From Phoronis australis (Eukaryota > Animalia > Phoronida), in NCBI GenBank assembly GCA_002633005.1, contig NMRA01000151.1, positions 414,400 to 478,399 of the forward strand: 64,000 bases of DNA. The letters run 5' to 3'. The position numbers were made by a program, and so were the translations under genes. Every line of letters begins with the position of its first letter. The stretch's first letter is position 1. Shown here piece by piece: positions 13,415 through 26,700 of this stretch. A model generated the notes under the pieces. It made no database searches, was not told where the DNA came from, and saw only the letters and a program-made list of their open reading frames with translations.

Positions 13415-16400
13415 TTATATATAAGTAAATATGAACGCCTGGAAGATTGCTGTGTGGGATTGTGCGACAATGAAATAGATGTAGACAAGTTTCTCAAGGA
13501 TAAGAACATGATGGGAAGAAGTGGATAGTCGCTGTGAAGCAAGCTGATTTTTAATACTTACACCGAATCTGGGAACCACATGACGTTGTGTCTTACAAAC
13601 ACTTCAAAAGCGAGGATTATCGGTCATCTGGAAAATTTTGGTGAGCATCTGAAGTTGTCAATTTACGATTGTTACTTATTGCAATCACTAATGACCTCTC
13701 ATCTGTGGAAAGTGGTGCGCCGCTCGCCGTCAACTACCATTGGCATGTGCTGGCGAGTGACCCCTTACTTTAACTGAGGTCAATTCATCTGTACGATTTA
13801 TTTTGTAGCACATTTTTCTGAAAAAATGAAGAGAGTATAACGTTCCAAATGTAACTATCTGTTCCGTGTTAAATTTTCCCTTCAATTGTTATACGGATAA
13901 TTTCCCGTATTCTACAGTAGTATGTTACCCTTAGGCTTAAAGTCCTTAACTCAAAGGGCATTCTAGTTCAAAAACTTAAAAAATTATACTAAATTATGTA
14001 ATATGCAAGATGACATAATGTTCACATCTTTTCTGTTATCAAACTAAAAGCCTTTTTAGCACAGTTTTGTACCTCGGCCGAGTGTGGAAAATCATCGACT
14101 ATTCCCGTCTGTTTCCGTGACCTGAGTTCCTATGTGTCAGTTTAGGAACGACTGTCAGTCATGATGCCCTTGAAAACGTATTGACATCAAACTCTCAGAC
14201 TTCTAGCATCATTATTGACAAGGTAGCGCAGGAACAAAACTTAATTGGTCTAGAAACAGAACAGGGAAGTTTCAATCTGAGGTACATTTACACTTTGTAT
14301 AAATGTGTATCATATGGAAGGTTTTGATAAATGTTATCAACGTACTGCTCAGACTTGCATTTTGTACGATTGTCATGTTTTTGAAGGATCATCGTAGTGT
14401 TCATCACCGCTTCATCAGCAACAAACAACACGACTCGAGCCATGTGCAGAGGAATGGGCTTAGATGTTCGGTGTCTTCACATGCAGGTATGCCTTGGATT
14501 CAAGGCAAGAAACACTCTCGTTTCTTAACGCAATAGAAGCGGTTTCTAAATAACTGTTGTGTTATTAAGTCAGTCTTGTTGTTTTCTTTCATCAGAAGTC
14601 ACAGAAGTTTAATAGGTAACAAAACTGAAAACCTGTAATAACATACAATTGCTAAGTATGACTAAAATATGTCACATAAAATGCTGAAAATAACAATGAC
14701 TTAAATGTAAATTAAAAATGGACCATGGCTTTTTGAAGAACAACACCAGATTACAACTATGCTGACACCAACAAGAATCTTGTTGAAAGCAACATTCCCC
14801 TTCGTATTGAGGTAATGTTTAAAATGCAACTAAAAATAATGTGGTTTATTTTTCCAGGCTCACATAAGTATGTCTGAGGATGAGGGCAATGTATTCAACT
14901 TGATGTGTCCATGCTCACTGGCTAGTGGTGGGTATAACCAGCTGTGATTGTCACCATGATGTACCTGTGGCAGATGCTGAAAAGTATCCACTTTAGTGAA
15001 AAGATCCATAAGAAGCAACATGTCCCCTGTATTTTGCTCATGCCTGTGAGTATTTCTGATAAGACAGCGTGTGAAATCTAGTTATGCACCATCACTAAGC
15101 ACGTAATATGTATTACCTGTCTAAAATTGAATTTGACAAACCTAGTCATTTTTGTTGTGTGTCTACTGAACAGTAAGTAGGCTTTGAGAATTACAAAAAA
15201 GCAAATTTGCATAGGCTAAGAATGTGCTATTTGGGAATACTGACAGGGCTGTTGGTATAATGTCATTTATTTCCGTTTAGTACTGTATGTAGTCCTCATT
15301 ATCCAATTCGCTAAATAAGCCATTGCTTGGGGCCCTGTGCAAAATATGGTCCACATCTAGTCCTCTCGGGGATGATTTAAAATTTGCAACGGGAATCCAC
15401 TGACCTAAATAACATTAGCTTAAGGCCTTGCATTGAACAGGGGATCCTGTTTCGTCGCTTTGGGTGGCTTTCGAAATTGTTGGCGACTGCGGAGGGAAAG
15501 GAGCAGTGCGATGATTGTGACGACAGAACTGAAGTATTGGCGTCCCAGGGTTCTGTTTCATGAAAAGTGACTTAAGACAACGAGTTGATCTTGCAATCCA
15601 CATAAATGTTTCAGACAAATATTTAAAGCTCAACTTAGCAAATATATAAATTATCTAAAAGTATACTCATAATTGTTACTTATTGAGGAAATTTGTACAA
15701 ATTATTTCCGTTGAAGGGCTAGGTAATGAAAGATTTTTCTCTTATTCATGTACATGTACATGGCAATGCAGAAAATTTCAGTTTTATTTTTGATTCAGGA
15801 CTTTTGGTTTCTTCGTCATAAGTGAGGACTTGGCAAGAGTCTACTGTAATGATGTGCTGGGTTTCGACAAAGGTACTGACTACAACAGGCAAATTGCACC
15901 GCTTTATCTACTTTGCTTAGAGTCAAACATATGATATTATTGACTCAGGCTCAGTATTTTTTGTGTCTAATGCATATACTACTGCTTAGTAGTCATACAG
16001 TATAAATGTGATTTCTTTACCGTACTAATAAACAAAATTCATGTCCAATACCATTTCCTGGTTTCATTCTGAAAATCGGACATGCAACAGAATTATTAAA
16101 ACTGCTACTAGTCCAAATTCCACTAATAATAAACTAACTTTTGATTTACATGTTCACCACTTTCCGCATCAAACCTCCTTTCAGTAAGTTTCGTTACCCA
16201 GGTGAGGATGTGTTTTCATGGCCTCCAAAGAATTGGCCGAGCAAAATGACATGGCGTTTCAAGCCAACTTGATAAGCTGAGTCTCGAGATTTAACAAACT
16301 GTAAATTCTTTCTTATTCCAGAAATCACCTGTGCTTTGAGTTGGTGTATTTGAAAGCATGTTTATACCAGCTTGAACAGCGATGGCGTAATCACAGTAAC

Positions 16401-17574
16401 GGATAGAATGGATTTTCAGTGCCAACGTTTAACCTGCACAACATCAAATGCATTTCACTGCAGTAATTCTCAACATAACATAAATGTAAATGCAAAAAAA
16501 GGTTGCTGCATGACATGCAATTAATCGAAATATGCTTGAAGCCATGGACACATGTATTTTAATTGCGTAGTCAATTCCCACCACTCATTCTACCGATGAC
16601 CCAGAAAAAAATGCAACAGAGGGTTTTATTGCATAAATCGTATCTTCTCACAACACTTAGTGTAAGAAAAGTCTACCGGAATGGGAGTGGCGGAAGTTGG
16701 TTTTTCAAGATGGCGGACAAAATGGCCGCCAGATTTGCAGATGACCATTTAACTCGAGAGTGGAATATGATAGAGTAAAAATCAAAAAGATTTACCTATC
16801 TTTTGTGGGTCAACAGATCCATTTGAGATGGTTTTGCATGGCTGCGGTGACACTCTCCACCATTTTCCAAAACGACCACCAAAACTACTTCGAGTGGCAC
16901 AACTTAGCATGAACAGATGAGTGTGTTGTGTTGATTTAAACATTGCATTATAGGATTCTGAGTCGGCTAATCCATTAAGACTCATTGCGTTTGGCTTACT
17001 TCTGCCATTTTTTAAGATGGTTACCAAGTAGTTGCTTCGCGTAAGAACTTCAGATGTGAGAGACACATCATCTTCACAGATTTCATAACCTGATTTTTTC
17101 AGGTCAGTACGTCCATAAAAATATTTTTGTCTGGCTCTGATGAGTGCAACAACCATTTTCAAGATTGTTAAAGGAATAATAACTTATTTGGGTGAAAAAC
17201 GTCAGGTTCGCCTGGACTGAATGATCATTCTCATGAAAAAATGCTGGATCGAAAATAGTTCTCTGCGATTAATTTACTGATCTGCTTTCCACACCAGTTG
17301 ACCGTCTGTGTCACATCCAGTTATTTGTAAATGTTTGTGAATGCAGCAACAGTTGAGACAGGAGAAAGGTTTAGCAAGGTACGTTTATCAAGTTAAACAG
17401 TTTGTAAGCGCTTGTATAGCTACCACAAGGCCTCTCTTTAGTGATGTTACAAGTCTGTCCGAAGCAGTATTTATAATGGGGCTAGTCGGAAAATCTACAA
17501 TAACTAGAGGGCGCGCGTGTACTAGTGGTAATAGATTAACAGCCTCAATTTCGCGAGCCCTTTAAATACATGGT

Positions 17575-17662
17575 GAAATGGCTTACAGTCGTGCCAACTG
17601 AATCTGAGATTGCGTGAAAAGGGTGCTTCTATGAGAGGAAGTAAGCACGACCTTATGCAAAG
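17575..17662 (+). pseudogene. SAP-domain exon remnant, probably a transposon accessory gene
   Basis: KWLTVV/QLNLRLREKGASMRGSKHDLMQR (one frameshift), followed by the donor GTAAGG. Confidence 0.5.
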
Positions 17663-20600
17663 GTAAGGTTTGTGATTATTTAAACGATTATTCCATGATT
17701 ATTCTACCGATGCCTGTTAACTGGGGTACTCGCCGATATTTACTTCGCGGCAGTCGCCAGTCGGGTTAATCTTTGCTTGGTGTGATATGTGATACGATAC
17801 TTGACGTAGCAATCGGGATCTTTTCGTACATCGAAGCATTATTATTTTTTGGAATGATTTTTAATAGTTTATCAGTGACACCAATCAATGCTGAATGTTT
17901 ATGCTGTCAACTCGATACAGGTTAATGAGTTAAGATTACAATCCAAGCCCAATGGCAAAGGGTTCATGACAAATACCCATTGCATTAGACTATTTGTTTA
18001 CTCCCTATCATATGTCTTCTGGAAATCTATTACACGTTGAAATGGAAATCTATCACATCTGTTTTCACGTAACCTTTGGTTTTTAGGTTTGAGGGCTTGC
18101 ACCCGGCCGTGCAGAGGAGATTCTGCACCGTCCCTAAATTGACAAAACTTGGTTTTTAGCATTTGACTGCAGCTAACCAACAAGATCTTCCCATCCAGTG
18201 CAGATATGTTGTCAAAGCCTACTTTCAATATTGGATACAACGAACAAAGCCTTTGAAAAGAAACAGTTATTTTTAAAGAAAGTTATGCAAGTCATTTTGT
18301 TAATTTACTTATTCAGGTCCTTAGCTGGGGATTGGTATGGTGGGCTTGGGATTGTAATATTTGGTACAACTGAATGTGTGGAAATAACAGGTAATACATG
18401 TTTGGGGAAAAGAGCATGGTGAGGTAATTCTTAACCTTCATGAAGTCCCTTCAAGTTGATTTGATGAGACTGTTTTGCTACTTGTATCAATTGTAAACCC
18501 ATGAAAATATATTACATTTTCTGAGTTCACAACTCATGTCTTGAAATGGTGCAAGTCGTTATAAATTCAAATGACAGCCATTTTCTGTGAAAATTGCATT
18601 TTTGATGGTGCCTTACGATTTGTAATTACTCTTAAACAACAGAAAGATTATCCATCATTTTTAAATGACCCGAGTCGTCATATCTTCTACTAGAAAAAAT
18701 TCAAAGTCTGAGAAACGGTTCCCTCAACCTTAGACTACAAGTATGCTTGGCAGACCCATGAACCTGTAATCGGAGTTTAAAAAGGCTTCTAAATGGCTAA
18801 CAAAGGTTTGAAGTTGTCTCAAAAAACTTGTATATTTTGCAGACAAGTGATGCGTTTAAAGAATTGCTATGCCTAGGAATAAAAAATAAAGATACAGTAT
18901 TACGCAATACTTATTATATAACCCTTGTTTTCTGAAAATAGTAATTATTTAATTTTATGTGAAACTGTAGAGCAGTCACCATATATTTTTGAAAAACAGG
19001 GATAATATTTTTGACCCAATCTGGAGTACATAATTATTCATATTTCAATATTTGTTCCAGGTTCAGTGACATTTTAAGGCCACTTCAAGCTGTATCATAG
19101 ACAAACTTTGTTACTCCGTTCTCTTCCCACAGCACTTCCACACACCAGCAGTGCTGCATGGCACAATGTAGAAGTCAGTGGCCCTGGAGAAATGTGAATC
19201 GCAGTACTAAGTTACCATAAGACAATGTGCCAGTGGACTGTTTGTGTATTCAGACGAACTATATCTGAGTCTGCTACACAAGTAAGCCTTGTTGGTGAGG
19301 ATGCCCTTTTATAGGCAATGAGTCATGTGTGGGCAATAGCTTATTTCCTTTCCTGGAAGAAACATGAGGGACTGAAGCTAAAGAAGACCTTGTGACACTC
19401 TGGTCTAGTTCAGGGTCTGATTTTGGGCTCAAAACGATTCAAGTGATATGCTACTGTGTTTACCTTCAAGGGTCTAATTGTGGATGTCATTGAGGTTGAA
19501 TGAGGAAACATGAAAGAAAGCCACGTGTCGAAACTGGACCTTTTTACAGGCGCTTCTATAAGCCATTGAAACTAGATCCCAGTGAAATGAAAGCCAAAAG
19601 CTGAGTGACATTAATTTTTCCTTTCAGAAGAAAGGCTTTACACTATTGGTAAAAACTTTTCAAATTGGTACAGATTATGGGGAAATGACATTCAGTGACT
19701 GCATCGATTGTCTTATTGTATGTTTTCAATTGTAGCTAGCTGGATAATAATCTGCTGAGCACAAGATTCGAGAATAAACAATTATCAGTGTATTTAAAAA
19801 CAAATGGCAAACTGAAAAAGCACAGAAAGAAACAGCATTGCGACGGAGTCCATAATCACGCATATCAAGTGCTAAATTTTTGAATTGCGTTCAATTCTCT
19901 CAGGTTATTGCTGAAGAATGCTTTTCACTTTGTCCAAAGGTAAAATAGATGGTTTCAGTTGTTTTCTCTCACCTGTAACAGAATAGCCGGAAAATATTAG
20001 CAAATTGTAAAAGAAATTACAAGACAAAACTACTTACGTAAGGCAGAACATACTTAACGTTTCATCTTCATGTTTATGTGTAGAAACTAATAACCTTTGT
20101 ACCCAAGTCTTATTTAATATCTGAATTAAAATATGTGAAACAGGCTAAAAGTGATTTAACAATGTGTATTTTTCATAACACTTAAAATTAGCTTTTGATC
20201 TCAAGAAGTAAAATTCATTCTATGTGTCAATTTTTTTCCAATGCAATGTTACGACATTTACTGAATTAAGGCTTATTTATGTTAATTCGATAACTGATCT
20301 GGTAGTCCTGGTGGTGGGGTCCGCGATAAAATAAGGAAACTCACTCATCTAGAGAATTTTATTGGAAACAGCATAGTTTTGAAGAGAAACTGCTGTGAAA
20401 AAGTCACCCTTGACTTCTGTGCATCACGTACCACTCACCTCTTATTTTGGGAGCACTCCCACCCAGGACAATATCAGTGAATATGTGTTGCTAGCCTACC
20501 CGGCATCGGGTGAGTTTCCTAAAAGAAACGCTTAGTTCCACTCAATAAACCTGTTATTTAGTGGGGTAACTGGTGGGGATAACATCACCGAACGATGTTG

Positions 20601-20989
20601 ATAGAAACTGATTGCTAAAATCTTACCAAGTAATGTTGTGTAGTCTACTAATGGTCATAGAGCACACACGGGGTTTCAGCATCCACACACTTTTTTGTCA
20701 GTTAGTTGACCCTTTTCACCGAAATTGTCCACGAATATAGTAACCTTAGGTCTTTTGGGAATTTGTGGCCACCTGTCGAAGACTTGCACCAGGGAAATTA
20801 GCAGTAATAAGGCTTAGCGCGACGACGTATTTTGGTAATTCCATCTTTTACCAGTTGTTTACATGCAGACAGCCACGCATGCGCAATTCAATCACCACTA
20901 GTACAACAGCGACACCGCGAGGAGAATTCTCCGAATAGCCCCATTCTCAAACAGTGATCAAAATCTATATATTTGCACAACTATTCTCT

Positions 20990-23790
20990 GTCAACTGAGA
21001 ATGAATTGCTGCAGCTTATACATGTGCCACGTCATTTACAACATGCAACGGTGCACGCCAATCCTAACTTCTCGTAATTACATCTGTTGGGGCTGCAGTT
21101 GGTCTTGCACGAGCATCTTCTTTCAACTGCTTCTCTGGTGCTGATGGCTGGTCCATCGTCATGGGAATGACCGAATTTTCCAGCATCTATCTCCAATCCA
21201 ACGGATGTTGGTCACTGCCACGGAAACTTGACCACCCTTGCACTTGATAATATGACCTGGCAGCATGGAATTGAGGTGCTAAAGCAGTTGTTGGTAATGG
21301 GTGTATTTGGACTGGCGCTATGTTTGATGACACCTTTTCCACAAATCGCCTGTCTCGCAAGTCATCCAAATTTCCTGAGTCAGTACCTCCATGGAACATG
21401 GACACAACTTCAAATGTCACAGTTTTTTGAATGGGAAAGCCTTGTCAATACCGAACAGCCGTGACATTGTATCACAACCACCTATTGCATGCGCAAATGC
21501 CAAAAGCACATAAGTCTCGGGACCAAGAGACAACTGTAGTTTCTTGATGTCCCAGGCTCTCCTCTTGCTTTGATGACTATTGTCGCCATTTCATGAACAT
21601 TGGAAATTGTTGTGAAGTAGCATGATAACAAAAGAACCAACAAGTCTGTATCGTCTGCAATGAAGGTAGTAGGACATTGTGCTGCTTTCTTTACTGCAGT
21701 TTCTACAATTAAAACATCTGCGTCACCTTCAGTTTGTACCACTGTGCAACCAGGATTTATTTTGTAGCAAACTAGACATGAAATGCTGTTTTTTGGTGTT
21801 TGCCAAAAAATGCTCCGTCTTTGGCTTGACTACCTTGTCGCTATTGAAGTGAACTTCAGCTCCAACCACCCCACCCAGTCTTCAAACATGGGAGACATCT
21901 TAAGTTGATGGGGCACCTCCATAGCCATAAAAACAACAGTAGGTTGGTTGTACTTGCTGACGTAATCTACATAAACTCTACCAACTGACTGAAACGGTTC
22001 ACCTCTAGGCCATGCAATACGGTGAAAGAGAGAACCGTCCTCGATTACCTGCATCACCGAGTTTTATGGAAATTGGTAAGCCTCATTGGACCAGAGTGCA
22101 TCTGCTAATATTGATATGTTAGCGACTCAGGGAAGACCAGATGTATCAAAAAGAACGGGGAAACCAACACACAGAGCTCAAACTTCAAAAGGCTTGATAA
22201 ACTTTCAATGTTTTGGTTTGCAGCTGTCAGTTATCACTGAAATAGCATTTGTGGATTCACTTGTTTAAAATCAGTATTGGCAACATAAACTGATGGATTT
22301 GTCACAGCCACAACCTCGTGTTTCTTTCTGAATGGGAAGTCTTTCACACTCAGCCTCTTCATAGACATGAGAATCGCCTTCCCAATTTCTCTGGCATTTT
22401 CGGTATTGACGCATGTACCTGCAGTCACACCAATGGCGATGTTCTGAAATTTCCCCCCTTTCAAATGGGTTTCTGTTGTGGAGGAATTCAACAAGGTTGA
22501 GGATGTCTTTGTCATCTACGACTGTCTTTTCTTGGTACATTCTTTATGTTGTTCACTTGTTTCTCAACTCAAGTTTGCCGCAGTCTGCATGGCCACATTT
22601 ATACTTGAGCACGCAGCTAGTGTGCACGCAGCGTATCTTCCAATCCTCTTAGTTTAATGGTTTTCATGGGCGTTTGTTCAATTACAAGGTCAGATGACAA
22701 GCATGCCCAGAATCTGTCACTTCGTCTTATGGCATGGTGACCGTTAACAAAGGTGCTGTAGACATCTGGATGGATGTCTTTGAGTTGCTGCATCTGCTGC
22801 AAGTATATGTATGCAGATTTCGCATAAGAGTTGTTACCAGCAGCTGCAAAGTAAGGCGACATTTCAAAAACTGCTTCGAGGTGAATTTCCCTATCTGCTT
22901 TTAGAAAACGTCGAAGGATGTCAACCATCTTCACATACTGTAGCTTAAGACTGCTGGTTTGACTTTACAAGGACAAGTTTGAGTTATGCGATCCGATTTT
23001 TTATGGATTACTACAAGAGACTCTGACGAGCATACATCACCGCACACAGACGTCATGCCAGCAATACGTTCATCATACAGCCTCAGACCAGCTTTCAAAT
23101 CATCATCAAGCATATCAGTGGTCACTGATTCTGCTGATGAACCATTCTCTGTCACTGCGAATTCTGAAGACCTGTACTCTGATTCAGTCGTGTTTGACTA
23201 TTCCAGTGGCAGTATGTCGGAAGCCAGACGTGAACTCTTGTGAGGGTATTGCGCTGTAATCCAAGGCTCAGAATCGGAAGACTGCCTTTGCATTGCATGT
23301 CCCAGTGTATACATCTGTAGTTACTGTATGCGATCAGTTGGGATGTCTGAAGAATCTGTCTCCATATATTCTGAAGAGCCAACATTTTTGTACAAGCGTT
23401 GAATTGCTCCGTCTCTTGGCTCGGAATCTGTGTGTTCTCTGTTTGTGACATTCAGGACTCATGGAATTTCTGAAGAAGTGAAACTTCTTTCTTCAAATCA
23501 TGAAGTTGTTGGTTCTGGATTGGCGTTATTTGACCTGTCAATATTTCGAAGTGGGATGCTGAATTGTCTGGCTGTTATGCCAGCACTCATTGCTGAGTCT
23601 ACCAACATATGCTCAATCACTGCTCTACGCCTTTTCCATTTAACATGTGAATCTCACCTTGAAAACCCGACTTCCGCCACTCCAATTTCGATAGACTTTT
23701 TCTGGCACCAATGGATGTTTGATGATACCATTTATTCAAAAAAAATCTTACATTTTTCTAGGTTGGGCTCTCTGGAGTCCTAGAATGACT
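20990..23790 (-). pseudogene. Decayed Academ-type (AcademX-like) transposase
   Basis: Colinear fragments PYFAAAGNNSYAKSAYIYLQ..HHAIRRSDRFWACLSSDLVIEQ, VIEDGSLFHRIAW, EGDADVLIV..ADDTDLLVLLL and GCDTMSRLFGIDK (XPG/H3TH-like), then FHAARSYYQVQGW and a C-terminal Cys cluster CSCKTNC..C....LACTVAC. Many frameshifts. Confidence 0.75.
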
Positions 23791-26700
23791 CGACTACACC
23801 GAGTGGATCAACAGAAGCAGATAATGCTGGTTGATAAACTCAACCTAAACATTTACATGAACACTTCAATTACAAAGCAGGTACTGTATCACTGTTTTTG
23901 GAGTGGCTTGTAGGCAAACAGTGATTAATTATTGTTAGTTTACTTATATAAAAGTAAAATGTCATACTTATATATAGTCGGGATACCTATCGTCGTCAGG
24001 CTCCATTGGTCGTCCGCCATCTTCTTTCGCGTGCAGTGCAGCCACGCGGAACTTAGCGTTCCAATCTGGAGTGCTCGTATGCACATTAGGTACCAACCTC
24101 TCGGGAGAAATGCGCATCGATGAACTGAGGCGAAAATCGAAGCATTTACCGACTGTATTTTGAAACCACTTAAAACTTGTAGATTTTACTAAAGCCTTTT
24201 TTGTTCATTTACAGAAGATATTTTCGAAATTAAATTTTCTCCAGACGGAAGAAAAAACAACCCAAGGGATTGTTTATGCAATGTATCTATTTGTCCAGGC
24301 TCTAACCGACACCTGTGAGGCCAAAGGAATTTTAAAGCGCAGCAGACAAATGCAACACGTTGTGTGCTTAACAGTTTCGGCCCACGCCTTGGTCATCAAA
24401 ATATTGTCCACTTGTTTTTTATTACAAAACACAGTACTGAGCTCAACATTTATGTTCAAATTTTTGGTTCAGGCATTTTGGATTTATTTGTTTAAAATTA
24501 AAAAGCTTGAGTTTATAGGTAGTGGCCACCAATAAAGTAAAGCATTGACTTTATTTCACTATATTGCATGGTTACATACAAAACAGCATGGCATAATTAA
24601 AAATAAAAGAAGAGGTTGAACAATAAAATGGAAATGTAACTTGGCTATTTATTTTTTATTAATGATTGCAGAAGTATGTTAAAGGTGAGAAAAAATCAAA
24701 CGATATGATATTGGGTAATTTATTAGAACAACTGCATCGAGGTTCAATGATCAACTTCGGCCGACCTAGTCTCAAAGGGTTACAGCTCCGTTTCGGCTGA
24801 CAAGGTGTAAGCAGAGAATGAAGAAAAAAAGTGGAAAAAAGAGAGACAGCAGAGATAAGTAGTATTAAGAGCAAAAAATCAAATAAAGAGGTCACAAATA
24901 GAAAATAAGTAAGGTCTATCTGGATTTAAACAATCGCGACTTGTGTTCCAGAACTGAAATTCTAAAACAATTTTGATCGATTTAAAAATCAATATCATAC
25001 CAGTTTGTGGTTGAACTACAATTGTTGTAAACCACTTTTTACTATTTTCTTGACATTTTTTTCTGCGTGGTTTTCTGTTTCAAAAGGCGGCAGCATATGA
25101 CGACCATAGGAGTCATTACAAAATGGCTGCCGAAAAGCAATGCACAGAAGAAACAATTCGGCATAAATAAATTAAAACTTTTGAATCACCGAATATTATG
25201 TATTTGTGAGAGTTAAATTAAATCCCATTTAGAGCATAACTTTGAAGTGGAATAATTAGGTGAGTACGACAACAAGCCGGTTTCATGCTTAAGCGGTCGA
25301 CCATTGGGTTCCCGATTGTACTGTACGGTAAACGGATAAGATGAAAAATATCATCGTGTCATGTTATATTGACTACAGTCCATATCCACGTCAAGCTACT
25401 GTTCAAAAGTAACTTTAAAAAATGGTCTCAAGTGTTCACTCAAGCAGTGATAGTTTCTTTTGTTAGATGAGTTTACATTTCTTGCCATTGACCTCAAGAC
25501 AGTGGACCGGGTGACCCCTGGAAGTCATGTGTCAAGTTTGTGCACGCCATATTCTTCTCTCAAGCATCTGCTAATTATGGAAGCATGCTGAACACTTCTT
25601 CAATTTCTCACTGAAGTACGTGTGTAGCCTGTACAAGTAAAGGATTTCGAAAAGTTACAATATAAATGAGCACTGAAACACAGAGACGGTGGAGTTGCAT
25701 TATTCGCAGAACAATTACTCTGGCCATAAACCCTGTTCTATCCATGCAACTTTGGTTTTGAGTTTTACCACTTACCAGAATAAAATGGATCTTGAATTTC
25801 TCCTTATTTAGATGAGAAATAACTTTTGGTCTTACAAGGAACTGGCAGCTCATTATGGTAGATATCATGCCAGATGAATGAAATGGCATGCTGTGATAAG
25901 TCAACCTACAGAGAGTGTCTCAAGTAGTAGCATATTGCTAGACATTTTCAAGCCCAATTTTCAGGGAACAGTTCGAGATCAGTTTCATGCTGATGTGGTC
26001 TAAATGACAAGTTGGTTTTGTTGACAGAAGGCATGCTTGTATCTACTTTAAATTCCAATAGAGCATAGAGTCTTTACAAGAGCAGACACAAACCTTTGAT
26101 GCAGATAATGAAGATGAAGGTGACAAAGAAAATAAGGACAAGGGTGAACAACAGATCTGAATCCCTGCAAGATGACAATAGTGACATTTGTAAGAAGACA
26201 TTCAGTTTAAAATTCCTTCTGAGGCCTCTATACTGAAAACTCAGACCTGTACATATGAATCTGAAACAGTGACATTGAATCGACGGATGGAATCATACAA
26301 AGGCGAATTTAGGGGGAGCAAGGGGTCCAGGTCCCATTTTGGACTTGAAAAGGGTAACTAGGCAAAATACTGGCTCACAGTTATGCTGATGGTTGTAAAT
26401 CATAGGTGTTGATGATTGTAAATTATGACACTCATGGGTACAGACAATAGGGTTTTTTAAATTGACATGCAAGTGCAGTGAAAGTAGTTGTTGTGAATCC
26501 TGTTCTTGGATATACAATACCCCAGGCGGCCTATGTAAGTAAACATGGTGTAACAAAGGGTTTGTGGTCCTGGCAGAGAAGATGATTGTTTTATTACACT
26601 TATGAGGTTTGAATAGTGAAGCCTGGAATGTGGCATTATGAGCATGATGATAAATTGTTGTGGGGCAATCAAAATAGGGTCTTCGGAAATCGTGATTGCT

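Noticed and set aside
13246-13542. ORFs with CV and HT repeats
   Set aside because: Translation artefacts of the (AC)n microsatellite.
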